Source: a virus
Virus record (IMG/VR): IMGVR_UViG_3300045988_113151
Length of the DNA: 64,000 bases
Direction: 5' to 3' (one strand)
Under the pieces are notes generated by a model. That model was not told where the DNA came from. It made no database searches and worked only from the letters and a program-made list of their open reading frames with translations. Below are positions 46,889 to 55,474 of the stretch, piece after piece; the first letter of the stretch is position 1; each line of letters begins with the position of its first letter. Both the position numbers and the translations under genes were made by a program.

Positions 46889-48938
46889 TTTGATAAAATT
46901 TTTATTTAATTGCAGAACCCATCGTTCCTAAGTAACACACTAGCAGTTCTCTTAATTCAGTATAATTAATAGGCGTCTTATATCCTATCGCTTTTAAAAA
47001 GCTTAGAAATAATTATAGTAAATCTCTAATTCAATAGATACTATACATATTACCATTATAAAAAATCTGATACAGTATGATAAAACTCGACATTTAATTC
47101 TTATTTACCTTCACTGATACTATTCTGATAACTTCTGCAATTAAGGTTGTTTGAAATTATTTGTTAATTCTCTGATATTTATTATCGTAGTTATATTCTA
47201 GAGCTCTTGGTAGAGGTGCATACAACAGGGACTCTAATGGTAAGAGATATATACCCCGTAAGATAATTGGTTTAGCTGATTATTTAAAGAGCCTAACAGT
47301 AAATACCTAAAAACGTGCTCTACTCATTTTTATCCATTCGTCAGTTGAGTGCTGGGTTTCTGATACTGTATATTATATCTACCGAGACAGGGTAGACCTT
47401 TTGTCGACATCAGCGCTGCCGGTTTTGTTATGAGCTGTTTATGTTTCAAAACACCCACTCTATAGCCTTGTATTACTCACAGGCTGCGTGTACTTACGAC
47501 TTTGTTCTTATCCTGCACATAATTCTAGGATTTCCACCTATCATCCCTTAATGGAGGGAATCAGTGTCACTTTACATATATTGTTGCGCAATATACTTTA
47601 AGTGGTTCTAGTGTTAGCAATTATATTGTACAGTCGAGGGTGGCTCGATATAGCTTTTAACTATACACTATACTACCATTGGACTTCCTCATTGCTTTAG
47701 TTGAACATGTTAATAATCTCACAAAAAGAAACCCTTACATATTAGACTTACTATCTACATTTAGTGTCAGTAAAGTGTAGCTGCTAAAATGGGGAATGCA
47801 CAGATTATACTCCGATCTGCTTCGTCCTCTAGGTTAAAATATTTCACGACTTTCCTTACTGGTTGTAAGGCTCAATGTTTTTAAATATACAACGTTATCT
47901 CAATGTTGCCAACTCGAATTTGATCAGGGAGTTATTTCTCCACTAGCTTTAGATTTTCTGTTTATACTAATTACTTCTAATCTATGATATAGAGTTTTCT
48001 GGCTCTTCATCCCATATCTACTTTATTTCCTAGTGCAAAGCACTTTAGGTTTATACTCATCTAAGTAGCAACTGAGTTTAATTATAATATTACTTAGTCC
48101 ACACAATCCCATTAAACTGAGAATTATTTCTTGCAAAATACTTTAATTATACTTCCGATTAGTTATTAAATATAACATTACATATAGGCTTTATACCTAA
48201 TCCAGTTAATCTATATTATATCCATCTTACTTACAACGTAAGTTCTATATAATGATCATAGCTACTCAGCCAAAAGGCATGTAATTTACTACTCACTTAT
48301 CATATAATTAAATAGTGCTATAATATTTATAATTCTACCTTCATACATACTGCTTTAAACATTCTTTCTTTAATGCACACTTCCAATTTAAGCTTTCCAA
48401 AGGCACGTGTCAGTATGGAACACTATAGTAGTATTTTTAGTAACTTTATAGCTACAAGGAAGATTTGGAGTCTACCTAGAATGCTTAACGATTCTATAAA
48501 TACATATCTACTAAAGTTTGGAGCTTTAGTACTTTCTTTATCCTCGCACTTTGCGAGTTTGCGACTCGTGTAAGGTAACATTCCCTTTTGATATTCAGTT
48601 TGATAACTGGTATTCGAATGTATTAACGATACCTGGCATTGTTTAACTTCATAAATCTGCTGATTTAATCGTTGCGTCTTTAGTCACCAATCGGTTCTCA
48701 CTGAGGATGTGCCACGCTCTTCCTCTTTCTCGTCATTTCTTCAGTCTTAAACAGTAAATTCGACATGATCAAGTTATTATACCTTCGTTCACTCAATAAT
48801 AGTGGTAGCTATTATTCCAGCCTCTAGTATTATGTACTGTTAATGCTTACTTTACTCAATTTCAGCATTCCTCTTCCTATTTGAATAGGAGCGTCTAGGC
48901 GAAGCAATTACGTTGCTAACGAATGCAGTTTATAGCTC
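46889..48938 (-). other. 2.05-kb ORF-free region (element X), candidate long structured RNA or regulatory region
   Basis: No minus-strand ORF of 60 aa or more. In the stretch I translated by hand (about 48360-48760) all three stop codons recur in every frame. The strand composition matches the minus-strand transcripts. Shares colinear motifs with 59171-60117. Confidence 0.5.
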
Positions 48939-49361
48939 TTATTTCGCGCTTTGCTGCTCTAGTTGCGCGTCAGTTTTATCTTCACTGATAATATTTACCT
49001 TACATGTGTTAAGGTCTAGAAATCCGACATAGTTAGTTCCTTTTACTAAGTCTATTGTTTTATGTTTGATATCATACGAAGATACAAACGAAATAGGGTC
49101 AAATACAGTAGCATCGAATTCATCTAATTTCTTAGATAGTTCTTCTACTCTATATTCTAACTTCTTAATAAGTAAACTAGATTGATTAAGTATCTCATTA
49201 ATTTGTTTGTTAAACTCATGAGATACTTTACCATCTTCTATGACAATTCTAGTAGCAGAAGAAGCTTTAGACAACTCTATTCTGCTGTTCTTTAAATTGC
49301 GAATAACTTCTGAAGTACGAAGCATGTGTTGAACGACTAGTCTATTTCTCGTCATCTTCAT
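48939..49361 (-). CDS. hypothetical protein (140 aa)
   Basis: Standard-code ORF. Confidence 0.55.
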   Translation of the reverse strand: MKMTRNRLVVQHMLRTSEVIRNLKNSRIELSKASSATRIVIEDGKVSHEFNKQINEILNQSSLLIKKLEYRVEELSKKLDEFDATVFDPISFVSSYDIKHKTIDLVKGTNYVGFLDLNTCKVNIISEDKTDAQLEQQSAK

Positions 49362-49752
49362 TATTATTCCAAATTAAAGGTTCTACATTATTTCGTATAA
49401 TTACCTTGTTCTCCAATACGAGAGGAGCAACACGATATGGCGCAGGTCGATTATCCACTACGACAGGCTTCTCAACTATACGCTCAATATACTTTTTAAT
49501 TGTTCGTATACTATCTTTCTTAACAATGTTTACATTAGCAGTAGCTGTACCTTCTACTGTAACTTCTTCATTCTTAAGGTCAATATTAATAGTAGATGGT
49601 AAGATTGTTTCAACAGGTCTTGGAACATCTACATAACGAGGGACAGGAGCCAGTTCTGCCTTTGGTGCAGTTTGTTTAAGTGCATCATAGCTAACAAAGC
49701 TTCCGAAAGTTAAGATACCTAGTATCATTAACATATTAATACGGTTATTCAT
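49342..49752 (-). CDS. hypothetical secreted or membrane-anchored protein (136 aa)
   Basis: N-terminal hydrophobic segment MLMILGILTFGSFVSY. TAG stop. Confidence 0.55.
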   Translation of the reverse strand: MNNRINMLMILGILTFGSFVSYDALKQTAPKAELAPVPRYVDVPRPVETILPSTINIDLKNEEVTVEGTATANVNIVKKDSIRTIKKYIERIVEKPVVVDNRPAPYRVAPLVLENKVIIRNNVEPLIWNNNEDDEK

Positions 49753-49758
49753 ATTTGA

Positions 49759-51306
49759 TTATGCTTTAGAGTATGCAGATTCATCAATGTAATTTGCTAA
49801 TCGTTTTACAGGATCTTTATACAATCCAGCTATTTCAGTAAGTTTATTTTGAACTAGCTGAGTAGAATCTCCTAGGTTATACATATTATTAATTACAGAG
49901 AAAATCTTATCTCCTTTAATTTTATTTACAAAGTCTTTATTGTACTTACCTTCAATCATTCCTTCAATAGTTACTGGAATATTCTCTTCTTTATTAGCAA
50001 TCTTTTTGATTATTTCATCAGTAGATGATTTGCTTAGCATATCATTAAAGATTGTAACAGAGGCGTCCGCTCCAGTCTTTTCTGTAGCAAATTCTTCAGC
50101 ACTATTAGCAAGCATTACCTTAATAAAATCAGCAATCTGTTGTTCATTATATCCAAGACCTTCAAAGTCTTTATACAACAAACTGTGTGCAATATATGGA
50201 GAATTATTTCCAATCAGAGCACCAGATGCTTTACTCATTAAACCTTTCAAACAAAGTGTTTTTGTTTGATTAAACTTACTGTACATTAGAGCTAAAGTAG
50301 TAGTAGGATTATCAGATTTAACTTCAAATGCTTTATTTGCCCATTCAATAGCATCTTTAACATTCAAAGCCATCCGTTGTGTAGCGTTGATTTTAGTACC
50401 TTCTGCAATATTACTACGACTTAGAATTCCTCTAAGAGCGTTAAGCTTTTCTTCTTCAGTCAGCTTAGGATCTGCTTCAGGTATTTCAAACTTGGTTGCT
50501 TTAGCATCTGCTTTAGCAGCCTTTTTTACATCTTCAGGTACTGTTTCAAATTCAAGATTTAATTGTTTTCCGTCTTTAGTTGGTAAGGCTTTAACATCTA
50601 CTCCATACATATTTAAGAATTGATTCTTAATCTGTGGATATACATCTTTAGTTATAGTAATACCCTTAAGAATAGACTTACCTTCTTGTTCTAGTTGCAT
50701 TGCATATAACAAACACAACTGACACAATCCTCCACTATATACTTCCTTCATTGCGGCAACTTGTTCGCGAGGCAAGTCTTCGTCAGTATCAATATAAGTT
50801 TTACGGATTAGTGATAACAATTCTACTTGATGGTTTTCATCAATACGTTCCTTATTTGCAATCATAGCTACTCCACGTGTAATATCAATAGGTAGTTGTT
50901 TTTCGGTCTTTTCCTTGTTGATATCTACAGTCTCTGGAATAATAGTTTCAACTTTTTCTTCCTTTTTCTTTTCTTCCTTCTTCTGAGATTTCTCAGATTC
51001 AGGTTTTTTGTCTTCTTTTTTACCTCCTTCTTTTTCTGGTTTTACACTAGCCTTAGTTTCCTCAGGCTTCTTCTCCGTTTTCTTTTCTTCTTTAGAAGTA
51101 TTTTTAACTTCTTCTTTTGGTTTTTCTACAGGCTTCTTTTCCTGTTCTTTAGGTTTATTACTTGGTTGAACTTCTTCTTTCTTTTCAACCTTTTCAGTCT
51201 CTTTTTCTTTTGTAGGTTCTTCTACTTTTACAGTATTAACCTTATTTTCTTTAATCTTTGCTGCTAAGTTAGATTTGTTTTCTTTTCCTTTATTACGTTT
51301 TGACAT
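49759..51306 (-). CDS. hypothetical protein with K/E-rich low-complexity N terminus (515 aa)
   Basis: About 130 aa of KEEKK/KPEK repeats, then a globular region. Confidence 0.6.
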   Translation of the reverse strand: MSKRNKGKENKSNLAAKIKENKVNTVKVEEPTKEKETEKVEKKEEVQPSNKPKEQEKKPVEKPKEEVKNTSKEEKKTEKKPEETKASVKPEKEGGKKEDKKPESEKSQKKEEKKKEEKVETIIPETVDINKEKTEKQLPIDITRGVAMIANKERIDENHQVELLSLIRKTYIDTDEDLPREQVAAMKEVYSGGLCQLCLLYAMQLEQEGKSILKGITITKDVYPQIKNQFLNMYGVDVKALPTKDGKQLNLEFETVPEDVKKAAKADAKATKFEIPEADPKLTEEEKLNALRGILSRSNIAEGTKINATQRMALNVKDAIEWANKAFEVKSDNPTTTLALMYSKFNQTKTLCLKGLMSKASGALIGNNSPYIAHSLLYKDFEGLGYNEQQIADFIKVMLANSAEEFATEKTGADASVTIFNDMLSKSSTDEIIKKIANKEENIPVTIEGMIEGKYNKDFVNKIKGDKIFSVINNMYNLGDSTQLVQNKLTEIAGLYKDPVKRLANYIDESAYSKA

Positions 51307-51396
51307 TTTGATATGTTTACGACAGTCCTTTCTGCCTTTTAAGTTAAAAAATAAATTAATAATTTAATGGTTTAAAAACTTGATAGTAGAAGCATT

Positions 51397-51780
51397 TCAA
51401 CTATCGTTAACAATCTCTGGTAGGTTTAACACTTTATTAGGTGTGCCTATTGATTTAGCTACAATGTCACTCTCCATTTCCTTACCCATTACCTTGTATG
51501 TAGCTTTATTTTCTATTTCCTGGTAATTATTACTAGGAATAGTAAATAAAACATAAGATAATGTGGGATTAGGAGTTGTAGCTTTATCTACTACAGCTTT
51601 CTCAGGCTTACTATTATCATCACTATTAGTGATAAAATAGTATCCTGCACCTAATAACAAACCTAATGCTAATGTAGTTAGCATTCTTGTACAAGCATCA
51701 ATTCTTTGTTCAGTTTTCATTACTCTAGATATAATGAAAATGATGATGATTGCAAGCAACAAATAAATTATCGTTGACAT
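51397..51780 (-). CDS. membrane protein, candidate anti-sigma partner (127 aa)
   Basis: Two TM segments (IIYLLLAIIIIFII, LTTLALGLLLGAGYYFI). Lies immediately downstream of the sigma factor gene. Confidence 0.4.
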   Translation of the reverse strand: MSTIIYLLLAIIIIFIISRVMKTEQRIDACTRMLTTLALGLLLGAGYYFITNSDDNSKPEKAVVDKATTPNPTLSYVLFTIPSNNYQEIENKATYKVMGKEMESDIVAKSIGTPNKVLNLPEIVNDS

Positions 51781-51793
51781 GATTTGTTAGGTA

Positions 51794-52351
51794 TTAGTAA
51801 ATATTTGCTATTTTTTGTTTTAATCGTTGTCTTGCTTTATTTAAATCTGATTTAACTTTAGATTCTGGTAAAGCAAATTTTTCAGATATCTCATTATAAG
51901 ATAGACCTTCTATTCGAGCGTTTATTAAATCTCTATATTTCTTTCTAAGTGTTAGAATAGCTTGTTCAACTATTTTTACTTTTTCTTGTAAAACTAATTG
52001 TTCTTCAGGACTTTTTTCGATATTTTCTAATTGAATAGTATTATCTTCATCGTCCATATAGTTATTTAATTGCTCTTTCTTATTTCTTCTTATATAATCT
52101 ATTGAACTGTTAACTGCAATAGTTTTTAACCACATTTCAAATGAAATATGTTGTACATAAGAATCTAATTTTTGATAAGCTTTAGTAAATACTACAGATG
52201 TTAAATCATCTGCTATATCTGTATTCTTTACTATATTATAAATAGTAAACCAAATATTTGATTTATATAATTTATAAAGCTTAGTAAAGGCACTTTCTGA
52301 ACCTTGTTTAGCCTGTTCTACTAAAGTAATTACTTCTTGTGTCATAGGCAT
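51794..52351 (-). CDS. ECF-type sigma-70 family sigma factor
   Basis: Region 2 (IADDLTSVVFTKAYQKLDSY...FEMWLKTIAVNSSIDYIRR) and region 4 HTH (LSYNEISEKFALPESKVKSDLNKARQRLK). Confidence 0.8.
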   Translation of the reverse strand: MPMTQEVITLVEQAKQGSESAFTKLYKLYKSNIWFTIYNIVKNTDIADDLTSVVFTKAYQKLDSYVQHISFEMWLKTIAVNSSIDYIRRNKKEQLNNYMDDEDNTIQLENIEKSPEEQLVLQEKVKIVEQAILTLRKKYRDLINARIEGLSYNEISEKFALPESKVKSDLNKARQRLKQKIANIY

Positions 52352-52397
52352 AAAATATTAGTGAGCTATAGTCTACCCAACGACTATAGCCCTAAGT

Positions 52398-52808
52398 CTA
52401 AAATGGTAAAGTCGATATATAGTATCTACTACATTCAGCAAATCTAAAGTTAAACAAAAGAAGTATATGATTTCCCCAGTATATTTTAGCAATCTCTGGT
52501 ATTTGTAATTTATCTATCATATTTATTACAATTCTAAGTTTTACTCTAGATGTACTTTCTGTAATAGTAAATCCTTTATCATTTATTAGACAATCTACAA
52601 TAGGTTGAAATATAGTTCTATTTGCATATCTAGCTAATTCTACTACTTCTTTACTTCTATGAATAGTAAAATCTAAAGGATAGATATGCGGATCATCTTC
52701 TATGTTATAATACTTATCACTAAGATATTTTTCACATATAGGATTATAATTGAACATATATTCATAAGGTAGATTTTTGTTAATAGTATCTAAAACTTCG
52801 ATAAGCAT
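52398..52808 (-). CDS. hypothetical protein (136 aa)
   Basis: Standard-code ORF, TAG stop. Confidence 0.5.
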   Translation of the reverse strand: MLIEVLDTINKNLPYEYMFNYNPICEKYLSDKYYNIEDDPHIYPLDFTIHRSKEVVELARYANRTIFQPIVDCLINDKGFTITESTSRVKLRIVINMIDKLQIPEIAKIYWGNHILLLFNFRFAECSRYYISTLPF

Positions 52809-52812
52809 ACTA

Positions 52813-53268
52813 CTAAATATAATTAAGAAATTTCTTAATTTTATTTTCTAAGATATTTGATGCTTGCCCAACATCAATCTTATACTCTTTACAAATTGTA
52901 ATAATGAATTTGTTGTCACATTCTGCTGTTCCATACATCTCCATATACGCTTTGTACTTTTCTGTGAGTTCTTTGATTTCCTCATCTGTTATTACTTCAC
53001 ACTTTTTAAAAGTACGAGTACCAATTCCTAATAAACTATTAACAGCACTAGTTACGGTTAATTTATCAAATGTATATTGGTCGGGATTTTGAACAATATG
53101 TTGTACTTCAATAGAATTTTCACCTAATTCTTTTACTCTTCCAGTATTAAAGAATTCATTCATTGAGATACCTTTTAAAATTTTGATAAATGGAGCCTCA
53201 CCTACTGCTTTAATAATTATGTTCTGGCTAGGTCCCTGAGCCATCCATACTCCTTCTTTTAATGCCAT
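52813..53268 (-). CDS. hypothetical protein (151 aa)
   Basis: Standard-code ORF, TAG stop. Confidence 0.5.
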   Translation of the reverse strand: MALKEGVWMAQGPSQNIIIKAVGEAPFIKILKGISMNEFFNTGRVKELGENSIEVQHIVQNPDQYTFDKLTVTSAVNSLLGIGTRTFKKCEVITDEEIKELTEKYKAYMEMYGTAECDNKFIITICKEYKIDVGQASNILENKIKKFLNYI

Positions 53269-53270
53269 AG

Positions 53271-53462
53271 TTACTTACTTTTTGATTTGTAAAACTTTTG
53301 TGAAATTTGATATGCCATTGTTAAATCAATGCCATATTTTGTTATTAACTTTTGTCTAAAGTCATCTATATCTTCAGATTGTTCTCCTAGTTTAATGACT
53401 TCATCTTTTAAACCTGGCTTATTAAATTTAATCCAAGTTACAGTTTCAAATAATTTTTCCAT
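53271..53462 (-). CDS. hypothetical protein (63 aa)
   Basis: Standard-code ORF, tightly packed with its neighbours. Confidence 0.45.
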   Translation of the reverse strand: MEKLFETVTWIKFNKPGLKDEVIKLGEQSEDIDDFRQKLITKYGIDLTMAYQISQKFYKSKSK

Positions 53463-53465
53463 TAA

Positions 53466-53756
53466 TTACTGACAGTTATATTCATAGTTTGATACTTGTT
53501 CTTGAATATTACTCCAAAAACTTAGTCCTTCTTCTAAACTAAGTGATACACATATTGCTTGGATAGAATATGTTGTATACAAACGATTTATCATATTAAT
53601 AGCTTCCTTATAATGATATTTATCTTTTAAGTTACTAGGTATGTATTTTTGATATACTTGTTTAGTAAAGCTACAATAACATTTATTACGTTTCATAATA
53701 GTACGCCATGATTCTGGCATTCTATCTTTACAAGCTTGTCTAATACTTTTTTCCAT
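53466..53756 (-). CDS. hypothetical protein (96 aa)
   Basis: Standard-code ORF. Contains EEGLSFWSNI, a motif related to two other small proteins. Confidence 0.5.
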   Translation of the reverse strand: MEKSIRQACKDRMPESWRTIMKRNKCYCSFTKQVYQKYIPSNLKDKYHYKEAINMINRLYTTYSIQAICVSLSLEEGLSFWSNIQEQVSNYEYNCQ

Positions 53757-53770
53757 AATATTATAATTAT

Positions 53771-54052
53771 TTAAAGTTTTTGTACATTAGTACTATTTTT
53801 TTGCTCCTTTCTCTGTTTCATTAGTTTTTTTATTTTACCTAATATATTATCCCAATATTCAAATCCTTCTTTAGTACTACTCCAAGAAAATCCACCACTC
53901 CATGATCCTGCTGTGGGATTTTTTTCAAATACTTGTAAATCAGGTTTATTTCCATGTCTTGCTTGATTCTTAAGCATTTTCTGTTTTATTTCTGGTGGTA
54001 AAGTCTGAATACTATAAAATTCTGTTTTCTTTCTATGTCTTCCTCTATTCAT
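53771..54052 (-). CDS. hypothetical protein (93 aa)
   Basis: Start taken at MNRGRHRKK (54052), because the longer ORF overlaps the tRNA-like element. Contains GGFSWSSTKEGFEYWDNI. Confidence 0.5.
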   Translation of the reverse strand: MNRGRHRKKTEFYSIQTLPPEIKQKMLKNQARHGNKPDLQVFEKNPTAGSWSGGFSWSSTKEGFEYWDNILGKIKKLMKQRKEQKNSTNVQKL

Positions 54053-54067
54053 AATATTAAAGTTTAG

Positions 54068-54141
54068 TTCACGGAGCAGGATTCGAACCTGCACTCATTT
54101 CCCATATCCGTTCTGTGTCTAACCAATTGCACCATCCGTGA
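54068..54141 (-). ncRNA. 74-nt tRNA-like element without an anticodon stem
   Basis: TCACGGA/TCCGTGA acceptor stem, D arm GTG-AATTGGTTAGA-CAC, T arm GCAGG-TTCGAAT-CCTGC. The 22 nt in the anticodon-arm position (AGAACGGATATGGGAAATGAGT) cannot form a stem. Confidence 0.5.
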
Positions 54142-54142
54142 C

Positions 54143-54283
54143 CTGCTTTTTACGACATTAGCTTAGCCGTTGACTTATCGTATTACGCTGCAATACGAGT
54201 ATAGTCTGTTACAAAAGATTTGTCATTTCTGACGTCTATTGACCTATTCATTTTCATCCTCGCTGTCAAATCCATAATACCCC
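54143..54283 (-). ncRNA. ssrA: tmRNA-like gene, coding piece (5' acceptor strand, tag frame); 3' end approximate
   Basis: GGGGTATTATGGATTTGACAGCGAGG (54283-54258) matches the tmRNA 5' consensus. AATAGACGTC is followed by AGA AAT GAC ... ATT GCA GCG TAA (stop 54183-54185) inside the hairpin 54197-54179. Confidence 0.6.
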
Positions 54284-54382
54284 ATTAGTAGGATTTTCAC
54301 CTACTTTGAAGCTTTGCGACATTTAGTCTAGGAGTGGTTTATACCCTTGCCAAGAGGAATCGAACCTCTATGCTTCTGACCG

Positions 54383-54445
54383 TGGAGTATGAGGGAGTCG
54401 AACCCTCGTCCAAACGATTCATCCAATGACCTAACAGTCAATATA
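54383..54445 (-). ncRNA. ssrA: tmRNA-like gene, acceptor piece (T arm and 3' acceptor strand); 5' end approximate
   Basis: GGAC-GAGGG-TTCGACT-CCCTC-ATACTCC-A (54411-54383). ATACTCC pairs with GGGGTAT at 54283-54277, with G3:U70 and A73. Confidence 0.6.
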
Positions 54446-54997
54446 GTAGTATATAGTTAAATCAATAACTATATACTTAAATATGAATAAACTGTAGGTA
54501 AGTATAATAAAAATAATAATCGGAAATATACTTTAAATACAGAGGCAGATAACTTACTATATGTTTAAAGATTTACTTCTATATCTAAGAGTAGCATCAA
54601 CTATTACTTTATTATAGGCTCTAGGCTCGCTTACTCTACAGTTTTAAATAGGCTTTGATTGCATGTATAGTATAGCAAGTGCTCATGTAAAACAGACTCG
54701 ATTGAACTATAGGCATAAAGCTCTCTATACATATACAATTTGATTTTGTGTACTGTTTATCGTCATAAGACTATTCATAGTACAAACTTCGCCAGTTTTA
54801 TACCCTCGTGGCTTATAGCTCTTGAGTTTAGAACGATCTTTAGGCTCATGATCAGTGGCACGTTTTTTACCCAGCAAAATGGGTCAAGCCTCTATTGCTT
54901 GTTGTCAATTCAACTGTGTACAACATCCTGCATCAAAAGACGACTTATCATGTTCTATGTACAGATTTGTCATAAAGACTTCTTCTTGGGTTGTCGA

Positions 54998-55423
54998 TTA
55001 ATAACGCCAAGCGTCATCACCGTAAATATCACGTTTTCCTTTTTCAATAGCTTTATCTCGGGTTTCTTCAGCCTTTGATATAGCACTGTCATAGGTTTCG
55101 TAATTACCTGTGGTTTCGAGGTCTTTTCTTGCTTCACTCACTTCTTTCAGATAGATTTTCTGAGCTGCTTCTTTTATACGAGCCATACGAAGACCCTTCA
55201 AAGCATCATCTTCTTTGCTTTCTGAATTACGCAAGCGCTGTTCAATTCGTTGAGTTTCTTCTTTCAGTTTACGTTCTGCAATATTATTCTTTGCAGCTTC
55301 AATTGCTTCTTTAGAACCAACTTTCTGTTTTTCAGATTGAGCAGTAATAGCAGCTTCAACATCGAATTCAGCACACAAAACGTTTGCGCCTAAGATAGCG
55401 CTTGTAAAATTTACATTTTTCAT
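54998..55423 (-). CDS. hypothetical coiled-coil protein (141 aa)
   Basis: Standard-code ORF. Confidence 0.55.
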   Translation of the reverse strand: MKNVNFTSAILGANVLCAEFDVEAAITAQSEKQKVGSKEAIEAAKNNIAERKLKEETQRIEQRLRNSESKEDDALKGLRMARIKEAAQKIYLKEVSEARKDLETTGNYETYDSAISKAEETRDKAIEKGKRDIYGDDAWRY

Positions 55424-55474
55424 AATTGTTTGAAATTTTAATTGTTAATAATTGATTTATTTAAGAAATGAATA

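Noticed and set aside
48373-48573. Track ORFs inside ORF-free islands (48373-48573 +, 54740-55078 +, 55129-55314 +, 60788-60997 -, 61709-61960 -, 62587-62790 +)
   Set aside because: They are isolated, lie on the wrong strand or overlap better models, have low-complexity translations, or overlap structured or palindromic DNA (60788-60997 covers the GC-rich stem-loop).
46889-48938. Hidden protein-coding capacity of the 2-kb island under an alternative genetic code
   Set aside because: In the roughly 400 nt I translated by hand, all three stop codons occur repeatedly in every minus-strand frame. No single reassignment opens a frame. I did not do this exhaustively for the whole island.
34624-53092. 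Plus-strand track ORFs inside the early block (34624-34815, 36220-36615, 38333-38518, 39300-39581, 39738-39959, 42746-43234, 45047-45241, 49406-49636, 49940-50623, 50896-51267, 52904-53092), and same-strand (minus) alternative-frame ORFs nested in longer genes (39848-40051, 41288-41494, 46477-46674)
   Set aside because: Each is antisense to, or out of frame within, a longer motif-bearing gene. 50896-51267 is the Phe-rich mirror of the K/E repeat.
54183-54275. An ordinary 30-aa protein gene (MDLTARMKMNRSIDVRNDKSFVTDYTRIAA)
   Set aside because: Its first codons coincide with the GGGGTATTATGGATTTGAC tRNA-like 5' motif, which pairs with the upstream acceptor strand, and I saw no ribosome-binding context. 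I kept it as the tag-reading frame of the tmRNA-like RNA, but it remains the main alternative explanation.
54353-54369. A third tRNA, suggested by the T-arm-like hairpin AGAGG-TTCGATT-CCTCT
   Set aside because: No acceptor partner for the following TGGCAAG, and no D or anticodon arms, could be found. I treat it as part of the intervening segment of the permuted tmRNA-like gene.
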